From assembly GCF_006345805.1 (NCBI RefSeq), contig NC_042998.1, positions 21,204,001 through 21,268,000 on the forward strand: DNA of 64,000 bases, written 5' to 3'. Under the pieces are notes generated by a model that was not told where the DNA came from, made no database searches, and saw only the letters and a program-made list of their open reading frames with translations. The stretch comes from Octopus sinensis (lineage: Eukaryota). Shown in pieces: positions 62,905 through 64,000 of the stretch (its first letter is position 1; the number at the start of each line of letters is the position of its first letter). The translations under genes and the position numbers were made by a program.

Positions 62905-64000
62905 TAAACTTAGATAAACTTAGATATGTTTCGACCAAAGATTGGTCCAGGCCATGTCTAACTTAATAGCACCACCTGATAGGATTATTCGAATCCTGTT
63001 TAAGTCAAGTTTTGTTCAAGTAGTGAGTTCTTGTTGGGTGAGTTGTATCCATTTTGTTCAAGTAGTGAGTTCTTGTTGGGTGAGTTGTATCCAATTATGG
63101 TGGCTTATCTGTATTCTTTGAAGGAATTTATCCAGACTCTGTTTAAAGTTGATGGGATCCTTTTCCTCTTGATCTCCCTCGGGACAATGTTAAATAGGGC
63201 AGGGCCTGTTGAGGAAAAGAATTATGTTGCAGTGTACATGTATGTTGTGATCTTGAATTGGGCAGGGAACGTATAGCCCGTGGTCCAAGTCTGGATGAAC
63301 CTTGAAGCTAATGTTTAGGTCGTTTGGGCAAGTTGGCGGTATATTTTCCACATCGTACAAATGATGTACTGCTCACGGCGACACTGGAGGGAGTAAAGTT
63401 TCAAGGCTTTAAGGCGATCCCAATAATCGAGAGCAGCCATGCCTTCAATTTGTTTAGTGAGTGCCCTCTGGGGTGACTCAATTCTGGAGATGTTTTGTCT
63501 TGTGTGAGGAGACCACAGTAGGCAGCAGTATTCAAGGTGTGGCTGTACAAAGGAGGAAAAAAGTGGTATGATGACACCTTGTTCTCTGGACCGGAAAGTT
63601 CTTAAGATCCAGGAACTCATCCTACGAGCTATATCGACCTTCTTGTTGATGTGTGCACTCCAACTGAGATCGTCATCAACAATTACACCCAGGTCTCTGA
63701 TATTGTTAGAGGCTGTGAGCGGTTCCCCTGAAGGAAGAGAGTATGGTTGTTTTAGTGAGGAATTTCTTCCAAAATGCATCAGCTCAATTTTCCCTCATTC
63801 AGTTGCATTTTGTTTCTGTCTGCCCATTGACTCACAGCATATAGATCAGACTGGAGTTGAGTTCGGTCTTCTTCTTCATTGACGATTTGCTGGAGCTTAG
63901 TGTCATCAGCAAATATTTTCACTTTGCAGTAATGTACGACACTGGAAAGGTCGTTTACGTAAATTATGAAGAGTAGCGGACCCAAAACAGTTCCCTGGGG
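62905..64000 (-). mobile_element. CR1-type LINE: RT C-terminal half to 3' tail, frameshifted
   Basis: GPLLFIIYVNDL..IFADDTKL, RDLGVIVD..LSWSAHI, LEYCCLLWSPH, LDYWDRLKALKLYSL; tail with (tctaagttta) repeats. Confidence 0.9.

Overview
AT-rich, repeat-saturated eukaryotic genomic DNA. The tRNA-derived SINE families, huge (TA)n/(CA)n arrays and Penelope-like elements match what I recognise from Octopus genomes (inference, no search run). There is a 100-N gap at 62441-62540. One protein-coding gene is well supported: a + strand CD225/dispanin (IFITM/PRRT-like) membrane protein with exons 44298-44518, 47189-47296 and 49752-49916, plus a probable first coding exon at 8450-8516 across a ~35.8 kb intron (~186 aa in total). 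Everything else is mobile or repetitive: a near full-length Penelope-like element (RT + GIY-YIG) in partial-tandem form, a second truncated PLE, CR1-type and R4/Dong-type LINE fragments, mariner/Tc1 remnants and MITEs, eight non-autonomous Helitrons, more than 30 SINE copies, and a collinear ~8 kb segmental duplication (17.4-25.3 kb vs 53.5-61.9 kb). The most striking hidden layer is about ten type I hammerhead-ribozyme motifs from at least six sequence families, found by manual folding. They include a family with a shared A6-to-U core variant and one with a branched stem II. Also notable are a pri-miRNA-shaped hairpin and a SINE/LINE shared 3' tail with a structurally conserved hairpin. Repeat boundaries are manual estimates; most ORF-track entries are microsatellite artefacts.
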